In this document: piece after piece, positions 25,517 through 38,590 of the stretch
Numbering within the stretch: position 1 is the stretch's first letter
Layout of the letters: the number at the start of each line of letters is the position of its first letter
Translations under genes and position numbers: made by a program
Source of the DNA: Camelus dromedarius
Taxonomy: Eukaryota
Reading direction: 5' to 3'
Assembly (NCBI RefSeq): GCF_036321535.1
Contig: NC_087436.1
Location: forward strand, 49,168,001 to 49,232,000
Length of the DNA: 64,000 nucleotides
Notes under the pieces: model-generated
Told to the model about the DNA's origin: nothing
Database searches by the model: none
What the model saw: only the letters and a program-made list of their open reading frames with translations

Positions 25517-26219
25517 AAAAATGTCTGGAGAACATTAATATAGTTATGTAAGATAAAAGGGTTTGTTTCACATGTTTTAGTCAGGAAATAATGCCCGTCT
25601 GGCCTACATTTGCAGACTGATTGTGCACACAATCTGGCCAAGGAGAAACCAAACCAAAGACTTGTTTTCTAGAGCCAGCTTTTGTCTCCTCTCTTCCTTT
25701 TGCCCCTTGTCCCCCCATTTCTCCTGCATCAATCTCGTTTCACTCGAGTTAGAATTCAGACTTCAGAAGTCAGAAGAAATGAAAAAACTGCAAATCGAGG
25801 CAGATGATGACTAAGTGATGTGTGGTGACTGCAAAATCCTTCACAGATCCCCTAACTATCCAGAGATAAAGGGGTTTCTAGGCACCTGGCTGGAGTTCCT
25901 CAGGTGTTCCAAATTACACATTATTCTCCATGATTAAGAACTTTTCCCCTTAAACTACACTCTTTTTTGGGAAGATATAAAAAAAAAATTCTGTTTGGGG
26001 AAACAAAAATTTCATTCATATCCATTAAAAATTAAATTGAGTCTCATCACCATTGAATGTAACCAGTGTCATTAATAGTTGGTGTAATTAATATAATGAT
26101 GTATTATAGAAGAATGTATTCAAGTAAATTCCTCTCGGGGACTCACTTTAAAATTGAGAACAGACTTTCTCGGCTTTAAGTTTTGAAATCAAACCATGCG
26201 CTTTAACCCTTCCACCTGT

Positions 26220-27012
26220 CTCAGCTCTTCTTGAACATTAGCACGCAGGAATTGGAATCAGCTGGCGGGCTTGTTAAACCACAGATTGCTGGGCCCGTGT
26301 TGAGAGTTCCTGATTCAGTAAATCTGGGGTGAGGCCAGAGAATCTGAACTTCTAAAAGTTCGCGCCCGTGATAGGCAGAATACTAACGCTGTTCCACCAG
26401 TAATCCCATTCCCGGGTTACTCAACCAAACACCCGTCTAGAAACTGCTGTGAAGGGGCTTTGCAAATGGAATTCAGGTTCCCAATCAATTGACTGTAAGG
26501 GAAGAGCTCATCCCAGATTATCTGGGCTGGCCCAGAGTAGTCACGCGAGACCTTGAAAGCGGAAGGAGCGGTCGGAGACGGTTGAAGTGCAGCTCACTCC
26601 GCCCTGGCGAGCCTGGAAGATGGAGGAAGGAGGCTGCAGGTCAAGGACGAGTTTGGCCTCTAAAAACTCAGAGCAGCCTCCGGCAGTTCAAGGAAACAAG
26701 GACCTTGGTCCTACGAGGAACTGAATTCTGATCACTACCTGAACAAGCCGGAAGCGGATTCACCCCCAGAGCTTCGAGAAAACGCGCAGCCCTGAGGACA
26801 GCTTGGTTTTGGCCTTGTGAGGCTCTAAGCAGAGAACCACCCGAGCCCTGCTGTGTCCAGACATCTGACCTACAGAAACCGTGAGTTAGGAATTTCTGTT
26901 GTTTTAATCGTTAAATTTGTGGCAACTTGTTACAGCAGCAATAGAGAATTAACACATATGGTAATACCGATGCTCCTGGTCTCAGGAACACCAGGAATTT
27001 GAGAATCACTGG
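26220..27012. mobile_element. MER5A-like element split by an MLT1 LTR
   Basis: gggcttgttaaaccacagattgctgggcc...gattcagtaaatctgggg on the left; gatgctcctggtc...tttgagaatcactg on the right. Confidence 0.75.
26367..26956 (+). mobile_element. MLT1E-like (MaLR) solo LTR, CpG-rich
   Basis: gtgataggcagaat...gattatctgggctggccc...aaggaaacaaggaccttggtcct...ctgacctacagaa...ttgttacagcagcaatagagaattaacaca. Confidence 0.88.
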
Positions 27013-27224
27013 TTCAGCTTTTCTAAGTCTTCTATTACCTATTTACAAACTTCTGAAAAAGTTAAATCATTTTCCTTGTTCCTCTTACTTCAGAGAATGG
27101 CTTCTATAAGGGGAATGCTGCTATTTTATTATTTAAACTGAAAATAACCTGTAAAATGTTTAGAAGAGCGCTTAGCCCTGGCTGAGTGTTGAATAAAGAG
27201 TAGTTATAGTAACTTCTGTGGTTA

Positions 27225-27460
27225 GGTGGCGTTCATTAAAATGCTCTGTGCCAGACACTATGCTAATATTTACCTCAAGTTTACGGAATTTATCCTCATA
27301 TTAACTCCGAGGTAGATAACTGTCATTGTTCTTGTTTTACAAACTGAGGCTCAGAGGAAACTTGCTCAGACTCAGGCAGTCAGTAAAAAAAAAAAATGGA
27401 GGTGAGATGTGACCCAAGGCAGTGTAACTCTAGAACCTAAACTCTTAATTGCTATTGAGT
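27225..27460 (-). mobile_element. MIR
   Basis: tgtgccagacactatgcta...ttttacaaactgaggctcagagg. Confidence 0.75.
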
Positions 27461-27846
27461 TCTTCTGTGTTATTTCACATCTGATTATGTATCCATGTCT
27501 TGTTTGCTAACTGAGTTATACATCCCTACATAGCTTTACAAAATAGTATGACTTAAACTATGTGATTTTACCTTTATTAAACTTGGCTAACATAACAAAG
27601 CATATCTATCATTTATTCAACCAGTAACTGAACACGTGTTATGTAACAGGCACGGGACTGAGATTGAGTTTATGAATTTGTGAGTGGTTCCTAACCCTGC
27701 TGAACTTATAATATTAAAATCAGCAGTTGTTAAAGTACTTAGAGAAACACTGTAGAGTCATTCCTAGTAAAATAAATAATACAGTAATGCTATAATATAT
27801 ATTTATAGAAAATATACTCTATATTTTATATATGTATTTTAATATA

Positions 27847-27969
27847 TATATCATCAGTGTTATTTGGCATGATTCATATATATTTTATATTATATCATTT
27901 ATATAGATGATATTTTATATATATATTTTATATATATCTATATCATCAGTGTTATTTGGCATGATTCAT
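27847..27969. repeat. 31-bp perfect direct repeat within TA-rich low-complexity DNA
   Basis: tatatcatcagtgttatttggcatgattcat at 27847-27877 and 27939-27969. Confidence 0.95.
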
Positions 27970-27987
27970 TTAGTGCTAGCATTGCAA

Positions 27988-28165
27988 CTAGACTTGCCAG
28001 ATTTAGCAAATAAAAATGTGGGATACCCAGTTACATGTGAATTTCAGAAACACAAAAATAATTTTTCAGTGTTAGGATGTCTAAAATGTTTCATGGGAAA
28101 TACTTAGTTATCTGTTATTTAAATGAACAAAAATATTCTGATCCTTCATTTTGTCTGGCTACCTT
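27988..28165. mobile_element. MER53-like hAT MITE
   Basis: ttgccagatttagcaaataaaaat...cccagttacatgtgaatttcaga; inverted end tctggctacc. Confidence 0.75.
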
Positions 28166-28346
28166 AAATACAGCTAAATAAAAAGACTAAAACAGTATAA
28201 CTACTGTTTGCAGCTGATCACCGGAAAACTACTAGTGCTGATAAAAGGTAAGTTAAATGACTGGCTATAAAATTTACAAAGGTTAATGTCTCTTGCATAT
28301 ACTCACCGTAGGTAGTTAGAAAGCAAAATGAACAATAATACTTCTT

Positions 28347-31300
28347 TAACTTATTTATTTAATTGAGATATAATTAATATATAACATTGTATTAGTTTTA
28401 GGTATACAATGTAATGATTAGATATATGTGTATATTAGATATGATTACCAAAATAAGTTTAATTAATTAACATCTGTCATCACATACACTTTTTCTTTCT
28501 TGTGATGAAAACTTTTAAGATCTACTCTTCCTGGCAACTTTCAAAAATAGGATATTGTTAACAATAGCCACCATGCTGTATGTTATATCCAGTACTTTTT
28601 AATCTTATAACTGAGAGTTTGTACCTTTTCACCACATTTGCCCATTTCTCCCAACTCCCAGCCCCTGCCTCTGGCAACCACCAATCTGTTCTCTGTATCT
28701 ATGAGTTTCATGTTTTTTAGAGTCCACAGATTAAGTGAACTCACTTAATCTTTGTCTTTGTCTGACTTCTTTCACTTAGATAATGCCCTGAAGGTCCTTC
28801 CATGTGGTCACTAACGGCAGGATTTCCTTCACTTTTATGACTGAATAATGTTCCATTGTCGGTATATACCATATTTTCTTTATCCATTCATTTTTTAATG
28901 GACACGGTGATTGTTTTCATGTCTTGGCTGTTGTAAAAACTGTTGCAATGAGCTTGGGGGTGCAAAGATCTCTTCAATATAGTGATTTTATTTCCTTCAG
29001 ATAAATCTCAGAAGTGGAATTGCTGGATCATATGGTAATTCTATTTTAAGGTTTTTGAGAACTCTCCATGCTATTTTCCATAGTAGCTGCACCAATTTAC
29101 ATTCCCCCACAGTACACGAGTATTCCCTTGCCACTATATCCTTCCCAACACTTGTGATTTCTTGTCTTTCTGATAACAGCCATTCTAACAGGTGTGAAGG
29201 GATATCTTATTATGGTTTTTATTTGCATTTCTCTAACGATTAGTGATATTGGGCATCTTTTTTCATGGTACTGTTGGCCATTTGTATGTTTTCTTTGGAA
29301 AATGCGCTCAGAATCGTCTCTCCCCATTTTCTAATTGAATCGTTTGGGTTTTTAAATTTTTTCTTTTGTTTTTGTTTGTTTGGTTTTTGTTATCAAGTTG
29401 TATGGGTTCTTTATATGTTTTGGACATGAACCCAGTATCAGATACTCAATTTGTAACTATTTTCTCCCATTCGGTAGCTTACATTTTCATTTTGTTGATG
29501 ATTTTCTTTGCTGTGCAGAAGCATTTTGGTTTTATGTAGTCCCATTTGTTTTTGCTTTTGTTGCCTTTGCTTTTGTGCCAAAAACTCATGGCTATGACTG
29601 ATGCCAAGGTGCTTACTGCCTATATTTCCTTCTAGAAATTTCATGAATTTAGGCCTTCAAGTTTTAACTCATTTTCAGTTGATTTTTATGTATGGTGTAA
29701 GGTAGGAGTCCAGTTTCATTCTTCTGCCTGTGGCTGTCCAGTTTTCCAAAACCTTTTATTGAAGAAACTAACCTTTTCCCACTGTATATACTTGGCTCCT
29801 TTGTTGTAAATTTATTGACTGTGTATGTGTGAATTTATTTCTGGGCTTTCTATTTTTTTTCTAGTAGATCCAAGTGTCTATTTTAATGCCAATACCATAA
29901 TGTTTCGATTACTATCACTTTGTAATATAGATAGTTTGAAATCAGGAAGTGTAATGCTTCCAGCTTTATTCTTTCTCAAGACTGCTTTGGCTCTTTGAGT
30001 CTTTTGTGGTTCCATACAAACTTTAGGATTATTTATTCTATTTCTGTGAAAAATGCCATTGGAATTTTGAAGAGATTGAGTGAATCTGTGTATTTTGAGT
30101 TGTGTGGAATTTTAGCAGTATTCTTCCAGTCTCTGAGCATGGAATGTCTTTCCATTTATTTGTGTACTCTTTAATTTCTTTCATCCGTGTCTTACAGTTT
30201 TGGTGTGCAGGTCTATCATCTCCTTATTTCCTTGGTTAAGTTTAGCCGTAGGTATTTCATTCTCTTTGATGCAATTGTAAATGGCACTGGTTTCTTGATT
30301 TTGCTTTTTGATAACTTGTTATTAGTGTATAGAAATGCAACAGGCTGTGTATATGGATTTTGTATCTTGCAACATTACTGAATTTGTGTATTAGTTCCAG
30401 AAGTTTTTTGGTGAGTCTTTAGGGTTTTCTACATATGTAAAATCATGTCATCTGCAAATAGTGACAGTTTTACATCTCCTTTCCAATTTGGATGTCTTAT
30501 TTTTCTTTCTGATTTGTTCTGGGTTGGACTTCTAATAACTGTGTTGAATAGAAGTGACTGGCTAGCAGATATCCTTGTATTGTTCATGGTCTTAGAAGAA
30601 AAGCTTTCAGTTTTTCACTGAGTATGATGTTAGCCTTGGGTTTGTCATATATAACCCTTATTATGTCAGGATATGTTCCCTCTAAACCCACTTTGTTGAG
30701 AGAAGTTTTTACCGGATATGGATGTTGAATTTTGTCAATGCTTTTTCTGAATCTGTTGAGATGGTCATGTAATTTTTATCCTTCATGTTGTTAATGTGGT
30801 GTATCATATTGATTTTGCAGATGTTGAACCATTCTTGCATCCCTGGAATAAATCCCACCTGATCATTGTTAAGATCTTTCTAATGCAGTATTGATCTGTC
30901 TAATGTAGTGTTGAATTTGGTTTGCTAATATTTTGTTGAGGATTTTTGCATCTATATTCATGTGGGATGTTGGCCTGTAATTTTCTTATGGTATCTTTGT
31001 GTGGTTTTAGTATCAGGTAATACTTGTAAAATGAGTTTTAGGGGGAAGATTTTGATGAAAATTAGCACTGCTTCTTTAAATGTTTGGTAGAATTCACTCA
31101 TGAAACTGTCTGGTCCTAGACTTTTGTTTCTTGAGAGATTTTTGATTACTGATTCAATCTCCTTACTAGTAAATGGTCCATTCAGATTTTCCTTTTCTTA
31201 ATGATTCAGTCTTTATAGGTTGTATATTTGTATCCATTTCTTCTAGGTTGCCCAATTTTTAGAATAAAATTGTTCATAGTAGTCTTTTATGATCCTTTGT

Positions 31301-34300
31301 ATTGTTGTGCTGACAGTTGTAATAGCTCCTCTTTCATTTCTAATATTTTTTTTTTGAGTCCTCTTTTTTTTCTTCATGAGTTTAGCTAAAGTTTTGTCTA
31401 TTTTGTTTATCTTTTCAGAAACCAACTATCAGCTTCACTGATCTTTTCTATTGGATTTTTACATCTATGTTATTTATTTCCACTCTGATCTTTATTTCCT
31501 TCTACTATTTTTAGGCTTCTTTTGTTCTTCTTTCTCTAGTTCCTTAAGGTGTAAAGTTGGTTGTTTATTTGACATCTTTTTTCTTAATGTAGCTGTTTAT
31601 CATTGTGGACTGCCCTCTTAGAACTGCTTTTGCTAAATCCTGTAAGTTTTTGGTATGTTATATTTTTATTTTCAATTGTCTCATGATTTTTTTAATTTCT
31701 CCTTCAATATCTTCTTTGAACTATTGATTGTTCAGAAGCATGGTTTTTAATCTGCTCATATTTGTATTTTTTAGTTTTCTTCTTACCATTGTGAAATAAT
31801 AGTTTCATGCCATTGTGGTTCAAAAATGATGCTTGATATAGTTTCAGTCTTACTTATTAATACTTGTTTTGTGACTTAACATGTGATGTATCCTGGAGAA
31901 TGTTCTATGTGAGCCTGAGAATGTGTGTTCTTCCACTTTTGGATGAAATGTTCTGGAAAATGTCTGTTAAGTCCATCTGCTTTAATGTGTGTGTGTGTGT
32001 GTGTATGTGTTTGGGATGGGGGGAGGTAATTAGGTTTGTTTATTATTTATTTTTTCTTAGAGGAGGAATTGGGTATTGAACCCAGGACCTCATGCATGCT
32101 AAACATGTGCGCTACCACTTGAGCTGTACCCTCCCCACTGGTTTAATGTGTTATTTAAGTTCAACATTTCGGTGTTGATTTTGTGTCTGGATGATTTACC
32201 TATTGATGAAAATGGGGTATTGAAGTTTTCTATATTAATGTATTACTGTCTATTTCTCCCTGTAGATTCATTAATATTTGCTTTATATATTCAGGTTTTT
32301 CTATGAGTGCATAAATATTTACAATTGTTATATCCTCTTGTGAGACTGACACTTTTATCATTATGTCATAACCTTCTTTGTCTCATCTTACAGTCTTTAA
32401 GTCTGTTTTGTCTGATACACTCATAGTTACCCTGCTTTCTTTTGACTTCTGTTTGCATGGAATATTTTTTCAACCCCTCACTTTGAGTCCATGTATGTCC
32501 CTCAAGGTGAACTGAATCTCTTGTAGGCAGCATATAGTTGGATTTTGTCTTTCAATTCATTTAGTCACTCTGTTTCAATTGGAGAATTTAGTCAATTTAC
32601 ATTTAAAATAATTATTGATAGGTATATATTTATTGCCATTTTGTTAATTGTTTTCTGGCTGTCTTGTAATTCCTTTCTCCTTTTCTTTTACACTCTTTTG
32701 TGATTTCATAATTTTCTGTGATGGTATCCTTAGTCCTTTCCATTTATCTTTGTATCCATGTATCCATGTATCTAGCTTTTTGCTTTGTGGTCACCATGAG
32801 ACTTAGATGAAACGTATTCACATGCTTATGTTAAGTTGATAACAGCTTTGGTTTGAACACATTCTAAAGCTCTACATTTTTACTCTCCCCTTCCACATTT
32901 TATGTTTTTGATGTCACAATTACATCTTTTTATCTTGGGTATTCATTAAAAAAATTATTGTGCTTATTTTTACTACTTTTGTCTTTTAACCTTCATACTA
33001 GATTTATAAATGATTAACCCACCACCCTTACAGCATTAGAGTATTCTGAATTTAACTATGTATTACTTTTACTGGTGAGATCTGTACTTCCATATGTTTT
33101 CTCATTATTAATTAGTACCCTTTTGTTGCAGCTTGAGAAAGTTCCTTTAGTAGTTTTTGTAAGACTGGTCTAGTGGTGATGAACTCCTTCAGCTTTTTGT
33201 ATGTTGGAAAAACTCTCTCTCTCCTTCAGTTCTAAGGGACGATTTGCCAAATATAGTGTTCTTGGTTGGCATTATTTTTTTCTTTCAGCACTTCGAATAT
33301 AATGTACCACTCACTTCTGGCCTGCAAAGTTTCTGCTAAAAAATATCTGATGGTCTTATGGCAGCTCCCTCATTCATAACAAGGTGTTTTTTTCTGGTTG
33401 CTCTTAAGATTCTATCCTTAACTTTAACTTTTGACAATTTAATTACAATGTGTCTTCGTGTAGAACTTTCTGTCTTCCTGGATTTGGATGTCTCTTCCTT
33501 CTATAATAGAGGTTAGAGAAATTTTCAGCTATTATTTCTTCAAAGAAGTTTCTTGCTTCTTTCTCTCTTCTCCTTCTGGGACCCCCTTTAAATGTGAATA
33601 TTGGTCCACTTAATGGTATACCGTAAGTCCCAAATCTTCATTCTTTTACATTATTTTTTTCTTTTCGCTCCTCTGATTGGATGAATTCCACTGTCCTGTC
33701 TTTGAGTTCATGGATCCTTTGTTCCATTTCATCTTGTCTGTTGCTCAACACTTCTATTGAATTTCTTAGTTTCATTTTTGTATTCTTCTGATCTGTCATT
33801 TTGTTTGGTACCTTCTTTTGTTTTCTGTCTCTTTGTTGAAATTCTCACTTTGTTCATGTATTGTTCTGACCGTGGTGAGTATTTTTTATTAACATTATTC
33901 CAAGTTCTTTATCAGGTCAGTCACTTATCTCCATTTCATTGAAGTCTTTTTCTAGGGTTTTATCTTGTCCTTTTGTTTAGAACGTATTCTTCTGTTTCTT
34001 TATTCTCCTCGACTCTATGTGTTTGTTTCTGTGCATTTGATAAGCAGCCACCTCTCCCAGTCTTGAAGGTGTTTCAGGTAGGAGGTAAACTTTATTGTTC
34101 AGCCTTGCACTAGCTCTTGGTTGTCTCTCAAATCTTTTGATTGTCTAAGCAGCCTTCTTTGTTCTTAGTGGCTCCCAGTTGAGGATATGTCAAGACCTGT
34201 CATTGTCCCAAGTGGAGGGTCTCAAACAGCCTCTAGATGCAGGCTGAGTGGAAACTGGACCCTCAGACTAGACTGAGTGAGGCCTGTTCATTGGAGGCTG

Positions 34301-35217
34301 GACTGAGTGGAGGCCAGATGCTCAGGTTTTAAAGTATGCAAATCTACCTCTTTCAGGGGTGACTGGGAGATGGGTGTTTCTGTCTGTTCCTTCTGCACTG
34401 AGCCCTAGGACAGCCAGTTAATAACTGTTATTTTTGTTTGCTACTGTTCTATTGAAACTGTGAACCCAAGCCCCACTGGCCATCAGATCCAGGTGATTAG
34501 GAGTGCATCCCTTGGGTGGCAGCCATAAAAGCCAGGTTGCCAGTCATGTGCACAAGCTCCTTTCCAGTAAATACTGGCAACCGGAAGTGAGGCAGCTGGG
34601 AGAGCATGAAGATGTTACCTGCCAGCCTTGGCAATCTTTGGAGAGTATTACAATCACCCCTAGATGTGTGTTAAATTAGAAGCTTGCTCCTCAGGGCTTC
34701 TAAAGTTTTTAAGATGAGCAGATAGGCCTGTTTCAAAGAAAGGCTTGACCCATATCAGTCTGCTGCCTCTGGGCTGGGCTCTAGGAAGGAGGCTCGTGTA
34801 AGCCTCATAGGTCTGTTTTGCAGATAACTGTAGCCTTGTGGACCTTGTGGACTCGGGCCCCATTGGCTTTCAAAGGTAATTGTTTTGAGAGCCCATCTCT
34901 CAGGGTGAAGTCTGAAAGTTGGGGCAGCAGATATGGGGTCCAGACCCTTCACTCCTTGGGGAGAAACTGGGAGTTGTGGGTTCCCTCCTGGTTGTATGTT
35001 GTCATGCTGGAGGTCGGGTTTATGGAGAGATTGTGTCTTAGCCTCTCCCACCTATTTTGATGTGGGTTTTTGTCTTGTTCACCCAATATGTAGGAGTCAC
35101 TCAGAGTTTCTGAATCTCTTTTTGGAGGATTTTGTTCTGTGTGTAGCTGTAGATTTGGTATGTCCATGGGAGAAGTTGAATTCAGGAGCCTCCTAAATCA
35201 CCCTCTTGAACCAGAAC
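28347..35217 (-). mobile_element. Full-length, decayed L1 (older L1MA-like lineage)
   Basis: Continuous 3'UTR, ORF2 remnants (e.g. [26 protein letters not shown]), ORF1 and 5'UTR ending in gttctggttcaagagggtg on the - strand. TSD caataatact(t/a)ctt at 28333-28346 and 35218-35231. ORFs disrupted. Confidence 0.9.
31990..32136 (-). mobile_element. Camelid SINE nested in the L1, with a (CA)n tail
   Basis: gggaggtaattaggttt...attgaacccaggacctcatgcatgct...gagctgtaccctcccc; TSD ctg(c/g)tttaatgtgt. Confidence 0.92.
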
Positions 35218-35569
35218 CAATAATACTACTTAAATTAATAATCAACAACAACAAAAAATAAGGGTCAAGGTTACCAAGACAAGCACAGGATATTGTGAAG
35301 AAAACTGTAAATGTGAGGGATGTAAAAGAATTCTTGAAAAAAAAAAGTATAGCAATATTTTCAGATGTCATTGCTCCTTAAATAGCATATTTAATGTGAT
35401 CATAATTAAAATAGTAGTGGCCCGAGTGGTGGGGAGTGAGATGGAAAGCTTTGAAAAATGAATCTAAACTGTTTTGGACCAGTCAAAGTATAAGAATAGC
35501 TTAATTCTGCAAAAAGAGAGTAAGAGGGATGAAGATGTGGCCAAACTAAGTATGGTACAAGAGAGCTGG

Positions 35570-35835
35570 TGTGGTAAACGGTCTCTTACATGAAATTAAG
35601 CCCAGGAATTGATTGTGCAAGTCTTCCTGAATAGGGGAGGTAGGTTCTAAGTATAAAAGGATTGCAGCACAGCACGGGGCAGCCCCAGTATGGACAAGAT
35701 AGTGTCGCTGAGCTGTATGCCCCCCACCACTAGCATACCGGGGTGTGGCAATGGAAGCCACATTGCGATATGAAGCATTTGCCTCGGCTTTGTGCAGCCT
35801 CCTCACTTTCACCAAATTGGATAAATAAATCAGGG

Positions 35836-35891
<56 letters not shown>

Positions 35892-35957
35892 AGTCGTGTA
35901 CCCTTGCTAATCTGTGATCCCCCTGAATTTCTGCAAAGGCCTAAGTCCATATTCACA
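35570..35957 (+). mobile_element. Possible unclassified solo LTR containing a (GT)n run
   Basis: TG...CA ends, TATAAAA near 35652, AATAAA near 35824, inserted among old L1 fragments; no clear TSD. Confidence 0.35.
35839..35882. repeat. (GT)n microsatellite
   Basis: Seen directly in the sequence. Confidence 0.97.
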
Positions 35958-35959
35958 TA

Positions 35960-36700
35960 TTTTGAAGAGGAGAAGTCATGACACCAAAATAAAAATCCAT
36001 AAGGCAGAAGATTTTAAGATTTGACTTTAACAAAAAAACTTATACTTAGATATTTATAACATAGTTTCTTTTAACCTCACAGACAAAATGCCAAAATTCC
36101 TAATATACAAACAACTCTTTCAATTTTATACAAAAAAGACTCATAAGAGAAAAATAGGTATTTACCAAAAAAGCAGTAGAATTGACCAATGAACCTATTA
36201 AAAAATTACAAATAATATTATTTTAAAAGTTATGAGCCTGATAAGACTTGAGATAGATCATACCCTACATTGGCAAGAGATAATGGATGCTGTCATAATT
36301 GTGGTGAAAATATCTCAAGAGCTGGAAAGCATCTCAAGTGTTATCTCACTGGGAAAAGCAGCATTAGGCTGCCTCGGTCTGTGGGTGCCCAGGTCAGAGA
36401 CAGAAGGCTTTATTACAGCGGTAACAACAGCCTCTTTTGGGCCAGTTCCCTGGGTCTCCTTTCCCACAAGTGACTCTTCACCTCCTAGAAATGTTCTAAG
36501 GAGAATACTGGAAAGGGTGCAGACACACCTGCACAGACACATCGGTGTGTGTTCACTGCAGCACTTTCTTGGAGTATCAAAGAAATTAAATTAGTGTGAT
36601 TGTTTTAATGATACTGTATCCACACAAGGGAACATTAGGAAAAGCATTAAAATGGTCATATAGGCCTAAATTTATTAACATGAATTTAAATATCCTTAAA
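35960..36700 (+). mobile_element. Very old L1M (ME/MC-like) ORF2/3' fragments
   Basis: catgacaccaaaat, cctaatatacaaacaactctttcaa and cctcctagaaatgttctaaggagaata. Confidence 0.55.
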
Positions 36701-36715
36701 GCTTTTTATGGGAGA

Positions 36716-37092
36716 TGTTATGGACAGAACTGTCTCCCCAGAACTCATATGTTGGGGCCCTAACCCCTGATGTGACTGTATTTGAAGACAGAGCCCTCAA
36801 GGGGGTAATTAAGATTAAGTGAGGTGATTAGGGTGGGGCCCTCACCTGACTGGACTGGTGTCCCTACAAGAAGAGGAAGAGACACCAGCGCGTGCTCTTG
36901 GCACAGAGGAGAGGCCATGTGAGGACATAGCTAGAAGGCAGCTGTCTGCAAGCCAGGAAGACGGCTCTAACCAGAGCCCAGCCTAGCTCTCCCCTGGAGC
37001 TTGGCCTTCTGCCAGCCTCCATATGGTGAGAGTATCAGTGTGTGTTGTTTAAGTCACTCAGTCCGTGCTATTTTGTTACAGCAGCCTTGTAG
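36716..37092 (+). mobile_element. MLT1A-like solo LTR
   Basis: tgttatggacagaac...gtgactgtatttgaagacag...actggtgtccctacaagaagaggaagagacacc...ttgttacagcagcc. Confidence 0.9.
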
Positions 37093-38059
37093 ATTTGGGG
37101 TGACATCTAACCTTCTTACTTATTTTCTTCTTTATTGTTTAACTTTCTACAATAAACATGTTATCTTTATATTCAAGGGAAAAAAGTTCATTTTAGGGAA
37201 AAGGAGTGCCTTTTGAAACTAACCTCAGCATGACCCCATTTTTCTTTCATTTTCTAACTTGTCAGCTCCCAGCTACTTACATGATTGGAGGGCACAGGAT
37301 TGTTCGCCTTTCAAGTAATGATTTCACTGATTATTCATCTAAGGATGCCCTTGACTTACCTTAGATGTTGTAGTAAGTGGCTCGTGATGAAAGAGTGGCT
37401 GGAGGCTTAGACGATAGGGCTGATACCACATGGGTTATGTTAGATCTCAGTTTGGATGTGAACTTGAGCAAGTTGAAAACTGTCCAGTAATTAGAAGGGT
37501 GAACATCTTTTGCATAATCTCTTTGCTCTTCAAAATAATACACTGTCCTATTTTAAGTGGTTCTTTCATGGCTTCCCCTTATGGACAGTTTTGATTTCGA
37601 TGTTATCGGTATGATTAAATTTTTAAAAGGCAGAGATCCAGGGGTAAATTTCATGTAGAATTTTCTGATAATTGTAAAAGCAAATGCAGTCTCACTTACC
37701 AAGTTAAGGCAAGTTATTTTCAGTCGGCGTGTAGAGGTGGCTTGTTTTCATGAGTTGTATCATTAGGAATTGTGCTTATTCAAATGGTTTCCATTGTAAT
37801 TGGTGTTGGCTTAATTTTCACATCCTGCCATTTGTACATCATTTTGATGTATTAACTCCTTATAATTCATTATATTTATTTTATAGCAGACCAGTGATGT
37901 ATTTTTGATCCCTCATTGACAAGGAAATAAATGTGTAACCCAGATGTCAGCCGGGCCTTCTGTTACCTGAAGATTTAGGTGAATTTGGCTCAAACCCTCA
38001 ATATTGTAGTTTTCGTGCATACCAAATTCTCCACAGAATTTCTGTGACTTGCTACACAT

Positions 38060-38590
38060 CTTTTCTTTTTCTTCTTTTTTTATTGAATTACAGTCAATTA
38101 TAATGTGTCAATCTCTGCATATACATACATATATTCATTTTCATATATTTTCCATTAAAGGTTATTATAAGATATTGAATATAGTTCTCTGTGTTATACA
38201 AAAGAAACTTTTTTTTTAAATCTATTTTTATATATAGTGGCTAAAATTTGTAAATCTCAAATTCCCAAATTTATCCCTTCCCACCCCCTTTCCCTGGTGA
38301 CCATACGATTGTTTACCAAGTCTGAGAGTCTGTTTCTGTTTTTTAGATGAGTTCATAGTGTCCTTTTTTTTTTTTTTTTTTAGATTCTGCATATAAGTGA
38401 TATCATGTGGTATTTTTCTTTCTCTTTCTGGCTTACTTCACTTGGAGTGATGGTCTCTAGGTTCATCCATGTTGCTGCAAATGGCATTATTTTATTCTTT
38501 TTTATGGCAGAGTAGTATTCCATAGTATAAATATAACACAGCTTCTTTTTCCAGTCATCTGTTGATGGACATTTAGGTTGCTTCCATGTC
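38060..38590 (-). mobile_element. Young L1 3' end
   Basis: ORF 38380-38601 (KTWKQPKCPSTDDW...PFAATWMNLE) plus 3'UTR and poly-T. Confidence 0.93.
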
